From the sequence record LR745206.1: 64,000 bases of DNA; one strand, written 5' to 3'. Position 1 is the first letter of the stretch, and each line of letters starts with the position of its first letter. This document shows positions 1 through 10,541 of this stretch, piece after piece. The position numbers and the translations under genes are program-made. The notes under the pieces are model-generated. The model ran no database searches. It was given only the letters and a program-made list of their open reading frames with translations, and was not told the origin of the DNA.

Positions 1-9
1 ACAATCAAA

Positions 10-378
10 ATGAAGTTATTCAAAACACTTGTTGAGAAGATGGGTTGTCTTGAAAGACCACTTTATTTTTTAGGTAATAATGGTAATGTATTTCATATGG
101 TACCATCCAGAGAATTCTTTAGAGAATTTTATGATGATTTGAAAATAAAATTTGATTATCATGTTAACTTCTCTGTTAGTGAGGATGAGGATAATAATGA
201 TTTCAATATGGTGATAAAGCTTGATCTTGATGATGATACATTATTAGAGATGTTAATTACTATTAAGTTTTCTGGTGGTGAGATGTCTGGTAAGCTATCT
301 GCTAAGCATAAGTTTGAATTATCAGACAATTTCAATTATTTAATATCCAAGAAACAATTAGGGGAAACCGAGGAATAG
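10..378 (+). CDS. hypothetical protein
   Basis: 122-aa ORF; no recognisable motif. Confidence 0.6.
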   Translation: MKLFKTLVEKMGCLERPLYFLGNNGNVFHMVPSREFFREFYDDLKIKFDYHVNFSVSEDEDNNDFNMVIKLDLDDDTLLEMLITIKFSGGEMSGKLSAKHKFELSDNFNYLISKKQLGETEE

Positions 379-387
379 TACATTCGG

Positions 388-397
388 AAATATATAC
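388..397 (+). promoter_or_regulatory. WAATATATA motif (putative phage late-type promoter)
   Basis: AAATATATAC 20 nt before ATG 418; motif recurs before many genes. Confidence 0.45.
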
Positions 398-417
398 CTT
401 AAAATTTTTAAAATTTA

Positions 418-3400
418 ATGGGTTTAAAATCAGGATTTCCAACATATCCAAGTGGAATTAACTACGCAGTTTCTTTCAGCTTCCCAGGTCCAAGTAGTGG
501 TATATCAAAATCAGTTGGTGCTAATGGTGCTTCTGCTTTAATGGTGCCAAATGCTAATTTTTTAGTTGAATTTATAAAGGGTAATCTAGGTATATCTGAT
601 GGTATGTTGAAGAGCATGATGTTCAAGAACATGAATTCACCAGTTGCCTCATCAAATGAGATGGTTTTTAGAAGTTTTTCGGAAACTAATAAACTTAATC
701 TAGATAGTGATAGTTTAAAATATAAGAAAGGTAATAAGTTTTCTTTACCAAAAGACCAAGTTAAATTGAGCCCGGAAAATGATCTTGTTGGTTTGAAAGG
801 ACTTGAAGTTACAACATTAAAATCAATATTTGAAACACAGAAGCCATATATGGAGGTGGCTAAATTGGTAATTGGTAATTTAGCTAAGATGGAGGATATT
901 TGCGCCAGAGTAATGCCATTACTTGGAGTACCACTTACAACAAAATCCAAAAAACCAAAGGGTAACCCCAATGCTATTGGTTATCAAGGAGGAGCTGTAT
1001 TAAAAAGTGAATTAGCTAGAATAGAAGCTATACGTAAAAAGGGCGGGGAAACTAAATTTGGACCTGGTTTGAATGGTGGTGTTATTAGAACAAAAAATTC
1101 AGGTGAAGATGATGGAACATCAACATCTAATGGTAATGGTAATAATGGTCCTGTTTCCACCTATGGTGATTGGAAAGTAATATCAACAGTTTATTCAACT
1201 GGTTTGTTCGATCCAAATAGTGACTACCTTTATAAATATATTAATTTACCACCTGATGATGAGTTAGGTAAAGATAAATCAGATTTAGATTTAGAATTGG
1301 ATGCGGAAGCTGATCCATATATGAAATATAAACCAAAAACAATAATATTTGGTATTTTTGATTCGAGAGGAAATCCATTAAATCCATTATCAAAGGTTAA
1401 GGGTATTGATAATCTTGGTGATAAGGTTGATACGAATCATAATAAAGCTGGGTGGATATTAAATTCACCTAAGTGGGTATTTAGACCAAATGTATTTCAA
1501 TGGCCAGTTTTTGCTGGAGCTCAATATTATGGATTAGATAGTGAAGGTAATGCTATAAAATATGGAGAGGGACAAACCAATGTACTCAATGGTGAAAGGG
1601 CTATACCAGGAACACCAATAGTAACTGGGTTTAATACAGTTGAGGAAACTGAGTATAAAGAATTTTTTTCCGATCTAATAAATATTAAAATGTTACAAGT
1701 TGATGATTTATCTAATTCTGAAAAAAATGATATATCGAATGAAATAAACTCTTCTTTCAATAGGAGTGTTGGTAGAAATGGTAAAGTTACATACCCAATA
1801 AAATCACATTTGGAGAATGTTTTTAATTGGGGTCAAGCTAAGTCATCATATTATCAGAGGATAGGAATACCAAGTGCATATCTACAAAAAAATGGATTAT
1901 CATTTCAAGATGATCCTTATCCAGAGAATTTAAAAAAATCTTTCAAACCATTGAAAATATACTCAAATGAAGCATCTGGTGATGAGAAGTTAAAAGCTTA
2001 TGCTAGATCAAAAGGAAGACCTGAGTCTGATGCAGGTTGGATATGGATTGATCCAGAAGCAGATTATATAACTAAAGTAATAAGAGTAGATCCTACTACG
2101 AAGATAAAATATCAGTACCAACAAGGTGAACCAGAAATAGAAAGTGAGATAAAATCTTTTGTTAAAAATGTTGCTGTTTTTGAATTATCCGATAATAGAG
2201 AATTTAATATAGAAGTTTATAGAAGAATAGGATCAACTACTGATGAATACACAGAATTTGAAATATCAAATAATGTTACTAGTTATAATTTGGAAAATTG
2301 GAATTATGTCGATAATGATGGTATCATATCACAATTTGGTGTTGTTAATGAAGAACCAATTATAAACAATTCAAATTCATACAAAATAACTATGTGGGGT
2401 GATACACCAACAGAATATTATAATAATGGTGATAACTTTTTTTTATCAACTGATGTGGTTGGTAATGCCCTTCAAATAGATGAGGTTAGGAAGGTAGATG
2501 ATAAGTGGTCATTTTATAAATCAGAAGTTGATTTAACAAATGCTCCAAATGGTGTTGAATTACTAACCTCATCTGAGTTGGTAACACTATTCAATAACTA
2601 TACAATCAATAGTGGTTATGTTTTGACACTAACGGTTCCTACCACAACCGGTACAGGTTCATCAGCCTCGACATCAAACACTATTTATACAATAGTAGCA
2701 TCAGCAGTATTCTCAAATAGACAAAATATAACACAAGATGGAAAACAAAGATTGATTGATAAGTCATTAGTAGAGGTTGAGAATGGGTTTATAACTAAAT
2801 GGTATTACATGACACCGAGTGATGATAATAGTGACTACGGTAATGGTAATTGGAACGGTGGTTTACCAAATAATGGTATAAGAAGAAGTATAGTAGTTGA
2901 TGTGAATACAATTGGTGGTAATGTAAATACACCAACAGACTCATCCAGTGATACTAATATTCCACAATTTCAAATAAGAGTTAGAGATGATGATTCTACT
3001 GGTCGAATTATAGATCCATCTAAAATATTAAATACAGAATTGACAAAAGAAGATGCTTTTTCTGATGATAAATATGGACATGGTTCACTTGATGACCAAC
3101 AAAGAATAGATGTTATAAAAAGATATATGTTAACAGAACTTGATACTGAGTCTTATTATATAATTGAAGGTATATTACCGGAATTTGCAGATGATGCTGG
3201 TAGATTTAAATTTCCAGGTAATTCCCAAAATGGAAATCAACCAGCTGGTGGAGGTGGTGGAGGTTATTATAAACTACCACATGCTATTGGTGCTATGAAA
3301 GTTTTTATGAGTATAATTACTGATATATTCTCTAAACTAATACCATTAATTAAAAAGATAATATCTATGTTTAAAAATCCAGCAAGTTTTGTTACTGAGA

Positions 3401-4893
3401 TAATATCAGAACAAATGGGTAAGGGATTTGCTTTTGCTTTATCTGAATCTAAGCAAGCATTTTCTAGTGGGAAGCAATTTAATGTTTCTGGTGGTGATAA
3501 GAGAGAAAAGAAACAAAAAGTTAGAGTCTTACAAGATCACTTTAAGGCTTCTAGTTTATCAAACTTTGTTTTTGTAAAAGATGATGGTAAATTTGCAAGT
3601 GTATTAGATGGTGTCGCTAGTATACCATTTAGTATTTTTGGTAAAAGTTTAACTTTTGGTATGGAGATGAATTTTGGTAACCTACCAAGTTCACCTATAA
3701 AACTATCATATGCGACTAATAGTTTGAATAGTAAAAGTTTACAATCATTTATTTCACCTGAATCATTTGATAGTACAAACGCTTCAAATTTAACATCACA
3801 ATTAGGTGGTATTAATAATAATACATCAACCAATAATCAATATCCATTTAATCCAAATAATTTAGGTGATGATAAAAATAATGGTAATAATACAGACGAT
3901 TATATTAATAAGACAAAGATTGAATTTGAAGATGGGACATCTATATTTATTGAGAATAATGAATTGAGTAGTTTTGTTGTTGATAATAGTAGTAAATATG
4001 ATTTTATTTATGTAACAGAGGATGTTAAAAATAAAATAAACGAAGCTGATAGTCTAATAGAGACTGGTGATGAGGACAATTTACTAAAAGCTCAAAGTAT
4101 TCTAGATGATGTTTCTAAAAAAGATCCAAATAATAAAGCTATAGATGAGAGAAAGTCTGATGTTAAAAATAAACTTGGTAGGATACAGGGTGGTGATCAA
4201 CCATTATTGAAAATGCTACTTGGTCTAGTTACACTTCCTATAAAAATATTAGGTGGTATACTTGAGTGGATAATGGATTTTTTCAAAAGTTTAACAAATC
4301 CATTAACATTACCATCAAAGATAAAGGAGTTTTTGTCATTTTCATGGATAACACAATTCTTCTCACCAACTGGTCTATTAGAGATGATTGGTATAAAATT
4401 TGACCCTAGTAAGATAACTTCTTTAGATTTAAGTCAATTTTTAAGTGTTGCCTTTGGAGCTAAATTACCAACATTTACAAAGGAACAGTTTGCTGCTATT
4501 GATCCAAAGATGGGATTAAGATTTATGACAGCTTTATTTTGCTTTGTTGAGAATTTAATAAATGCGATAATAGATTTTATTTGGTCAACATTGGGTATTG
4601 AGGCTGTTATACCACCACCTCATATAAAACTATGTTCTGATACTGATATTGGATCAATGAAACCAGAAGATATAGCTAAGATTCTGAGTGGTGAAATACC
4701 AAGTGGACAAACAAAAAATTATGTTGATGTTGATGGTGATGGTGTTGCGGATGTAATAGAAGATGATGTATTTAAAGGATTTATATATGAGGTTAAGTTG
4801 CCAAGTGGTGAGAAAAAAGAATTCCTTAATAGGGAAGCATTGGATGAATTTATTGGCGAACACAAGGATTTAAATTATGACTTTGAATTCTAA
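418..4893 (+). CDS. large hypothetical protein, possibly virion-associated
   Basis: 1491-aa ORF; N/G/T-rich linkers and two amphipathic helical blocks in the C-terminal third; function not recognised. Confidence 0.6.
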   Translation: MGLKSGFPTYPSGINYAVSFSFPGPSSGISKSVGANGASALMVPNANFLVEFIKGNLGISDGMLKSMMFKNMNSPVASSNEMVFRSFSETNKLNLDSDSLKYKKGNKFSLPKDQVKLSPENDLVGLKGLEVTTLKSIFETQKPYMEVAKLVIGNLAKMEDICARVMPLLGVPLTTKSKKPKGNPNAIGYQGGAVLKSELARIEAIRKKGGETKFGPGLNGGVIRTKNSGEDDGTSTSNGNGNNGPVSTYGDWKVISTVYSTGLFDPNSDYLYKYINLPPDDELGKDKSDLDLELDAEADPYMKYKPKTIIFGIFDSRGNPLNPLSKVKGIDNLGDKVDTNHNKAGWILNSPKWVFRPNVFQWPVFAGAQYYGLDSEGNAIKYGEGQTNVLNGERAIPGTPIVTGFNTVEETEYKEFFSDLINIKMLQVDDLSNSEKNDISNEINSSFNRSVGRNGKVTYPIKSHLENVFNWGQAKSSYYQRIGIPSAYLQKNGLSFQDDPYPENLKKSFKPLKIYSNEASGDEKLKAYARSKGRPESDAGWIWIDPEADYITKVIRVDPTTKIKYQYQQGEPEIESEIKSFVKNVAVFELSDNREFNIEVYRRIGSTTDEYTEFEISNNVTSYNLENWNYVDNDGIISQFGVVNEEPIINNSNSYKITMWGDTPTEYYNNGDNFFLSTDVVGNALQIDEVRKVDDKWSFYKSEVDLTNAPNGVELLTSSELVTLFNNYTINSGYVLTLTVPTTTGTGSSASTSNTIYTIVASAVFSNRQNITQDGKQRLIDKSLVEVENGFITKWYYMTPSDDNSDYGNGNWNGGLPNNGIRRSIVVDVNTIGGNVNTPTDSSSDTNIPQFQIRVRDDDSTGRIIDPSKILNTELTKEDAFSDDKYGHGSLDDQQRIDVIKRYMLTELDTESYYIIEGILPEFADDAGRFKFPGNSQNGNQPAGGGGGGYYKLPHAIGAMKVFMSIITDIFSKLIPLIKKIISMFKNPASFVTEIISEQMGKGFAFALSESKQAFSSGKQFNVSGGDKREKKQKVRVLQDHFKASSLSNFVFVKDDGKFASVLDGVASIPFSIFGKSLTFGMEMNFGNLPSSPIKLSYATNSLNSKSLQSFISPESFDSTNASNLTSQLGGINNNTSTNNQYPFNPNNLGDDKNNGNNTDDYINKTKIEFEDGTSIFIENNELSSFVVDNSSKYDFIYVTEDVKNKINEADSLIETGDEDNLLKAQSILDDVSKKDPNNKAIDERKSDVKNKLGRIQGGDQPLLKMLLGLVTLPIKILGGILEWIMDFFKSLTNPLTLPSKIKEFLSFSWITQFFSPTGLLEMIGIKFDPSKITSLDLSQFLSVAFGAKLPTFTKEQFAAIDPKMGLRFMTALFCFVENLINAIIDFIWSTLGIEAVIPPPHIKLCSDTDIGSMKPEDIAKILSGEIPSGQTKNYVDVDGDGVADVIEDDVFKGFIYEVKLPSGEKKEFLNREALDEFIGEHKDLNYDFEF

Positions 4894-4953
4894 ACTTATT
4901 ATAAATAACAATGTATAAATACAAATATAAATAAAAATCTAAATATTTTAATT

Positions 4954-5175
4954 ATGCCAAAATCAAAAAACAGAAAAGACCACAAAAAGAAAGTCGCTGC
5001 TCGTAATCAAAAAATCAACGATAATAAAAAAAGAATGGAGAAAGCTAAACGAGAGTTTATAATGAACCTTATTAAGCAGGAACAAGAAAAAGGATTGTTT
5101 GAGAATAATCCAACAATAGAACCTATATCTCCTGATTTGCCTACTATTGATACGATAGAAGGTCCTTCTATTTAA
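4954..5175 (+). CDS. small basic hypothetical protein
   Basis: 73 aa, K/R-rich N-terminus MPKSKNRKDHKKK. Confidence 0.6.
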   Translation: MPKSKNRKDHKKKVAARNQKINDNKKRMEKAKREFIMNLIKQEQEKGLFENNPTIEPISPDLPTIDTIEGPSI

Positions 5176-5414
5176 AATAGGATAAAAAAGAAGCTCTTGT
5201 TGATCGATTCTTTCTCTCAACAAGAGCCTTGTTTATTCTCGTAGTTAAATACTTTCTAGCAATATTGACACTATCACAATCTACACCATTTGATTTCTTA
5301 CAATTAATAAGATACCAATTGGCTAGTAATATTGATTCGATATCAGGTTTATTCATACTATAACAACTTTTTAATATAAGCTTATATATAAAATATAAAA
5401 AATAATTTTTTATT

Positions 5415-6482
5415 GTGGTAAAAACAAAGATTAACATCAATATAAACAAAGATGATTCTGAATTAAATGATTTCTTACATTGTTGGGGAAAATTTGGATC
5501 AAGACCTAATAAAATAATAATGTATAATTCTTTCTCAAAGGAAGAGTTTATAACAATTATAAAGGAATATACAAGTGAGAAAAATGTATTCACAGAGATT
5601 ATTCCAGCAGAGGAATCACATATTATAAACGATAAGGTAATAGTAATGATAAATGAGAATTTATATCTATCTTATTTATTACTTGATAGTCATAATGAAA
5701 AATCATTAATACATGAAATAACATTCCTATTCAAAGAATATGAAAAGGAATTACCACTAATTGATGAAATAGTTAAAAAATTAGAAGAGTGTGTTATTGA
5801 TTTTTGTGATGATGAAGATGTTAAATTAAATACTGTTACTATTGGACAATCTGGTTTGGAAATTGAACCAATCGAATTAAGAAATATAGATTCTGAGAAT
5901 ATAGAATTATATTATAGCTCAACAACATTTAAGAGTGTTGAGAAGATAACTAAATTAATAAAAAAATCAGAAAAAGGTCTTAGTATATTCTATGGACCAA
6001 GAGGAACTGGTAAGACAAGTATAATTGATTATATTTCTGATAAGTTAGATAGAATAGTTATTTTTATACCAAACAATCTTATAGAGGTGACAATAAATAA
6101 CCCAGAGTTTAAAAGATTTTTAATGAAACATCCTAGACCAATTTTGGTAATAGATGATTGTGAAGTCTTGTTGAATGACTATTTCAATAAATCAAATATT
6201 ATAACAAATAATATACTACAATTAGTAGATGGATTTTTATCTGATAGTATTGGTGTTAACATAATAACAATATTTAATATAGATGATGAGGAAGAAATTG
6301 ATCATTCTTTATTAGATTGTAACAATCTAGTTGATATTATAGAGTTTGAGCTTTTGGATGAAGATGAGTCAAATGAATTATCTAAACAAATTGGTAGTAA
6401 AAAGAAATATAAAAACAAAACAAGACTTATTGATATAATAAGGAAGAAACCTTGTGTGGAAAATAAAAAGATTGGATTCTAA
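5415..6482 (+). CDS. AAA+ family ATPase
   Basis: Walker A GPRGTGKT, Walker B ILVIDDCE, NILQLVDG motif. Confidence 0.85.
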   Translation: MVKTKINININKDDSELNDFLHCWGKFGSRPNKIIMYNSFSKEEFITIIKEYTSEKNVFTEIIPAEESHIINDKVIVMINENLYLSYLLLDSHNEKSLIHEITFLFKEYEKELPLIDEIVKKLEECVIDFCDDEDVKLNTVTIGQSGLEIEPIELRNIDSENIELYYSSTTFKSVEKITKLIKKSEKGLSIFYGPRGTGKTSIIDYISDKLDRIVIFIPNNLIEVTINNPEFKRFLMKHPRPILVIDDCEVLLNDYFNKSNIITNNILQLVDGFLSDSIGVNIITIFNIDDEEEIDHSLLDCNNLVDIIEFELLDEDESNELSKQIGSKKKYKNKTRLIDIIRKKPCVENKKIGF

Positions 6483-6488
6483 ATATAT

Positions 6489-6827
6489 ATGAGTATGATA
6501 TCAGAACTTAAAGACGAAGAAATAATGGATTTTCTTATGACATCTGACTTTGAAGATGATTATAATCCAGATGAATTAAAGTATCTTTTAATTAAATGGA
6601 GATATTTTTATAGATTAGCTCATGGTAAGCATGAGTTGTTAAAAACAGATACAACCTTTGAAATTAATAAATTAGAGAGTGAAATTAAATCTAAAGAATT
6701 AAGAGTAAATGAATTACTGACTGAGATAGCGAATGGTCAAAATATTATAGATAGTTTAAAGAATAGAAAATTAACATTAAAAGAAAGATTTTCTGGAAAA
6801 ATTATTACAAAAGAGGATGAAGATTAG
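6489..6827 (+). CDS. hypothetical coiled-coil protein
   Basis: 112-aa ORF, heptad-like C-terminal half. Confidence 0.6.
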   Translation: MSMISELKDEEIMDFLMTSDFEDDYNPDELKYLLIKWRYFYRLAHGKHELLKTDTTFEINKLESEIKSKELRVNELLTEIANGQNIIDSLKNRKLTLKERFSGKIITKEDED

Positions 6828-7953
6828 TGAGTTTAAAAAACTAGAGCAGAAGATAACAGGACAAAACTTTGGAGAGAGTTACAAAGGAATAAATGTCATG
6901 ATGACTATCTTATCATACCTTGGTAATTTAGGATCTATATTCTTGGCATATTTCTTTATGTCTAAGGTTATTGGTTCCGCTATGGTTGATAGCCCAGTTG
7001 CTGTATTCATATCATCTGTTGTTATATTAGCTGGTATAGAATTATTAAAGAGAGATATCTTTGATAAATTCTCTATTTCCTTTTTAAAGGAAAAAAGTTT
7101 AGCAAAAGCAACTCTACCACTTTTCCTATTTAGTATATTGTTAATATCCGCTTCCTTTTATTCATCACTTAATGGTGCTAAAGAATTTTCATCTAAATCT
7201 GCACAAATGGATGAGAATAAGAATAATATAGTGCAAGTTTATTCCGATAGTATAACTGGTGTCTATGAAACAAAGATTTTATTAGTGGAAGAAGAAATAA
7301 AGAATTATAAATTAAAAATAGATGAGAAAGATGTTGAGCAAGCATTGATAAATAAATCCTTACAAGATAAGGGTTACTTAGGTAGATCCGAGAAGGAAAG
7401 AAACAATCAATTAACAGAAGAAAAGAAATATTTGGATGAAAAAGTAGGTGAATCTGAAACTAAAGTTGATAAACTTAAAGAAGAAAGAGATTTGGATATA
7501 TCCGAATATGAGAAAGAATTGACTGCTAAAACAGAAGATAATAAAGAAGATAATAGTAAAAATTCATTCATATTTATAATAATATCTACTATCATAGAAT
7601 TTATAATACTCGGTGGTGTATTCTTTAATGAATATTATAAGTTTAGATCTTATAAAGAATTCAGAAACAAAATTGATAGAGATCCAAATTATCAAAAATG
7701 GATGCTTTATGAGCAAATATTAAATATAATTTATACAGAGGATACTAAAACTAGTGAGAAATTACCATCCAATAAAGCGATGGTTGATATGTGTAAGTTA
7801 AATGATCTAATAGTCCTACCAAAAGATATGTCAGGATTCCTAAAGGTTATAAATAGCCTTGGTATTATTAAGACAAGTGGGTCTTCTCGATATGTTAATA
7901 AACAAAGAGATTTATCATTTGAAGTGTTAAAGAAACATTTTAATATTGATTAA
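6817..7953 (+). CDS. membrane protein with long coiled coil
   Basis: about 3 N-terminal hydrophobic helices, charged coiled coil, further TM segment (FIFIIISTIIEFIILGGVFF), soluble C-terminal domain. Confidence 0.7.
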   Translation: MKISEFKKLEQKITGQNFGESYKGINVMMTILSYLGNLGSIFLAYFFMSKVIGSAMVDSPVAVFISSVVILAGIELLKRDIFDKFSISFLKEKSLAKATLPLFLFSILLISASFYSSLNGAKEFSSKSAQMDENKNNIVQVYSDSITGVYETKILLVEEEIKNYKLKIDEKDVEQALINKSLQDKGYLGRSEKERNNQLTEEKKYLDEKVGESETKVDKLKEERDLDISEYEKELTAKTEDNKEDNSKNSFIFIIISTIIEFIILGGVFFNEYYKFRSYKEFRNKIDRDPNYQKWMLYEQILNIIYTEDTKTSEKLPSNKAMVDMCKLNDLIVLPKDMSGFLKVINSLGIIKTSGSSRYVNKQRDLSFEVLKKHFNID

Positions 7954-8810
7954 TGATAGAAACACCATTCAACTATACCGGTTCAAAATTCAAACTACTT
8001 GGTCAGATATTACCAGAGCTTGATTACACAAAACCATATTTTGTGGATTTATTTTCTGGTGGTGGATCAGTTTATACTAATGTATTGGATAAATATGAAA
8101 GAATTATTTCTAATGATATAATCGGTGATCTTATAGGTGTACATAGTTCTTTATTAGAGTCAGATGATATCATTGGTGAGACTAAAGGTATATCACCAGG
8201 TAAATCCAACCCAGATGGATTTGGAGCTCTTAGGAGTGATTATAATGAAAATCCAACACCAGCAAAATTGTGGGCTTTGATGTTATCATCTACGAATAAT
8301 ATGATGAGATTCAATCAAAAATTCAAATATAATCAAACTTATGGTAATCGTGGTTGGAACTCTAATACTGACAAAAAAGTAGAGTCATTTATTAATCATA
8401 TTAGAAAATATAAAGATAAGATAAATTTCACATCAAAAACATTTGATGAGATAGGAATACCACCAACACTTGGTAAATCAAATAAATTCATGTTTTATTG
8501 TGATCCACCTTATGGAAGAATTAAGAATGTGGATGGTACAATGGCTAAGAAGCAGATATCCGAAGCTGGTTATAATGCTTTTTGGAAGAAAGATGATGAT
8601 TTGAGACTATATGATTATTTAAAATCAATTGATGAGATGGGATCATCTTTCATGGTATCTGGTGTTTTAGAACATAATGGGGAAACTTGTTGGATGCTTG
8701 ATAAGCTTATAGATAATGGTTATAATTATACGGTTTTATCTTTTGATTATAATAAAGTATCACGTAAAGGAGACAAGGAAACAAAAGAAATAATAATCAA
8801 AAACTATTAA
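7953..8810 (+). CDS. dam: DNA adenine methyltransferase (Dam/D12 class), orphan
   Basis: FNYTGSK, FVDLFSGGGSV (motif I), DPPY (motif IV). Confidence 0.9.
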   Translation: MIETPFNYTGSKFKLLGQILPELDYTKPYFVDLFSGGGSVYTNVLDKYERIISNDIIGDLIGVHSSLLESDDIIGETKGISPGKSNPDGFGALRSDYNENPTPAKLWALMLSSTNNMMRFNQKFKYNQTYGNRGWNSNTDKKVESFINHIRKYKDKINFTSKTFDEIGIPPTLGKSNKFMFYCDPPYGRIKNVDGTMAKKQISEAGYNAFWKKDDDLRLYDYLKSIDEMGSSFMVSGVLEHNGETCWMLDKLIDNGYNYTVLSFDYNKVSRKGDKETKEIIIKNY

Positions 8811-9271
8811 CTCTTTAGTATCTGACAAGAGCAAAATTTAATATTTTCTATATCAATATAACCATTCTTCTTAGATAATGTTTTTAGATGTAGATGTGTT
8901 TTACTTAAAACATCATCCTTGTTAATTTCGGATAAATTATATATCTTATTAGTTATCACTAATGTATATTCACCATCACTTACAATAACTCTACACTTAA
9001 TATTATTAACACCACAAATGTCTATGAATCTTATTAATTCCTCATTTATATCATACAAATTAAAAAGTCCAATAGATTGTCCATCTAATGTATAACCACT
9101 ATCACCTTTCTTATATATGATAAACTCATCAGAAAAATTATAACTATCTGGTGATAAATGAAGAACTTCATAACCATCATCTTTCAATTCTAAAAATATA
9201 TCTTCGATATCTACAATTGTCTTTTTAGTTTCAAAAATAGAATGTTCTTTATACAATTTCAAATATTTCAC
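8807..9271 (-). CDS. hypothetical protein with CTS-like N-terminus (DIFxELxDDG family)
   Basis: start re-assigned to GTG 9271 giving MKYLKLYKEHSIFE; TAATATATAC at 9275-9284 just upstream. Confidence 0.7.
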   Translation of the reverse strand: MKYLKLYKEHSIFETKKTIVDIEDIFLELKDDGYEVLHLSPDSYNFSDEFIIYKKGDSGYTLDGQSIGLFNLYDINEELIRFIDICGVNNIKCRVIVSDGEYTLVITNKIYNLSEINKDDVLSKTHLHLKTLSKKNGYIDIENIKFCSCQILKS

Positions 9272-9351
9272 ACTGTATATATTATATAAAATCCTCAAAA
9301 ATCAAGGAAAACGTCATTTTGAAATATATACACTAAAAATAATTAAAAAAT

Positions 9352-9567
9352 ATGGAATACTTAGACAAATATGATTCCTTACTAAAGCTTATGACCGAGG
9401 AGGTTGAGATAGATGGTAAGAAGTTCAATTTAAAAGATGATTTCGAAAAGTTTTTCGTGCGTGGAAATAAAACTGCTGGAACACGTATTCGAAAGATGAT
9501 GCAAGAGATTAAAAAACTTTCACAGGAAATAAGAACAGATGTTCAAGGATATAAAGAAAAAATTTAA
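9352..9567 (+). CDS. histone H1-like small DNA-binding protein (Bacteroidota type)
   Basis: FEKFFVRGNKTAGTRIRKMMQEIKKLSQEIR matches the recalled family pattern KF..KGNKAAGTRxRK.LQE.K. Confidence 0.65.
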   Translation: MEYLDKYDSLLKLMTEEVEIDGKKFNLKDDFEKFFVRGNKTAGTRIRKMMQEIKKLSQEIRTDVQGYKEKI

Positions 9568-9584
9568 TATTTAAATATCTAACC

Positions 9585-9614
9585 AAAAAAACCGAGAAAT
9601 TTTCTCGGTTTTTT
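9585..9614. terminator. bidirectional intrinsic terminator
   Basis: A-tract ACCGAGAA/TTCTCGGT T-tract between convergent genes. Confidence 0.85.
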
Positions 9615-10173
9615 ATTTATAATAAACCCAATTACTTCTATAATCTTTTTTACTAGAACAATAGACAGCATATTCATTTATAATTTCCTTACCCGTATTG
9701 TATTTACCACAGACAATAGACCAATTACCATATCTTTCATAAGATCGACTGAGTATCTTCATACTCAACATAACATTCAATTCAATATTATTCCTCAAAT
9801 CATCATTTGTTATTTTATCATCAAATCCCATAATTTTATTATAGATACTTCTACCAGTGGATGGCATTATTTGCATTGGTCCTAATGCACCAGCATAAGA
9901 ACCCTGTTCTGGGACATAATCCCAATGAAAAGGTCCTTTATATCGAGTCTCTCTATAAGCTACATTATAAGCTATGTATTTTGGAACATTATAGATATCA
10001 GAATATTTTTCTATCATCTCATACATAATTATAGACTTTGGAACACTTGGTGATCCATCTAACATAGTAAGTTCTGTTGTTGACCTTTCTGTTTCTTTAT
10101 TCCTTATATCACAAGTCACCACTATCATAATTGATATGATAATTGTTACATATGTTATAATCTTACTTATCAT
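9613..10173 (-). CDS. lytic transglycosylase (SLT domain) with N-terminal anchor
   Basis: RETRY catalytic Glu, GPMQIMPSTG, YNTG; hydrophobic N-terminus from ATG 10173. Confidence 0.85.
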   Translation of the reverse strand: MISKIITYVTIIISIMIVVTCDIRNKETERSTTELTMLDGSPSVPKSIIMYEMIEKYSDIYNVPKYIAYNVAYRETRYKGPFHWDYVPEQGSYAGALGPMQIMPSTGRSIYNKIMGFDDKITNDDLRNNIELNVMLSMKILSRSYERYGNWSIVCGKYNTGKEIINEYAVYCSSKKDYRSNWVYYK

Positions 10174-10492
10174 CCTGTGAATTGTGATCAGTCCATATAT
10201 TTCTAGCGTATAGTTTAAATATGGTATGTCCAATAGAATCCTGGTATATTGTGTAGTTACCTGTTTTATTATCTATGATAATTAAATGATTATTTTCATC
10301 AACAGCTATATTTACTTGTTCTTTTTCAATCTTAACAACATTTATCTCCTCATTTAATGATTTATAGTGTTCAGTGAATCTACCAAGGAAGAAGGATGAT
10401 ATAATTGCTACTCCAATAACACAATACATAATAGTCTTATTTAGTATTGGTTTGATAACTGTTATTGCTTTTTTCATTTTTTCATTTTTCAT
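10163..10492 (-). CDS. single-TM hypothetical protein
   Basis: TM segment IMYCVIGVAIISSFFLG; overlaps SLT gene start. Confidence 0.65.
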   Translation of the reverse strand: MKNEKMKKAITVIKPILNKTIMYCVIGVAIISSFFLGRFTEHYKSLNEEINVVKIEKEQVNIAVDENNHLIIIDNKTGNYTIYQDSIGHTIFKLYARNIWTDHNSQDDK

Positions 10493-10541
10493 AATTGTGT
10501 AATCAGTTTTTAATATATATGATAAATTGTATCAGTTTAAT

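Noticed and set aside
462-4863. Minus-strand ORFs inside the 1491-aa gene (462-971, 1527-1760, 3537-3833, 4654-4863), and similar antisense ORFs elsewhere (e.g. 4963, 5168, 7407, 13013, 16070, 22534-23197, 40078, 55026, 60091, 60543, 61979)
   Set aside because: They lie antisense to longer, motif-bearing genes and have shadow-like composition (S/L/F/I-rich).
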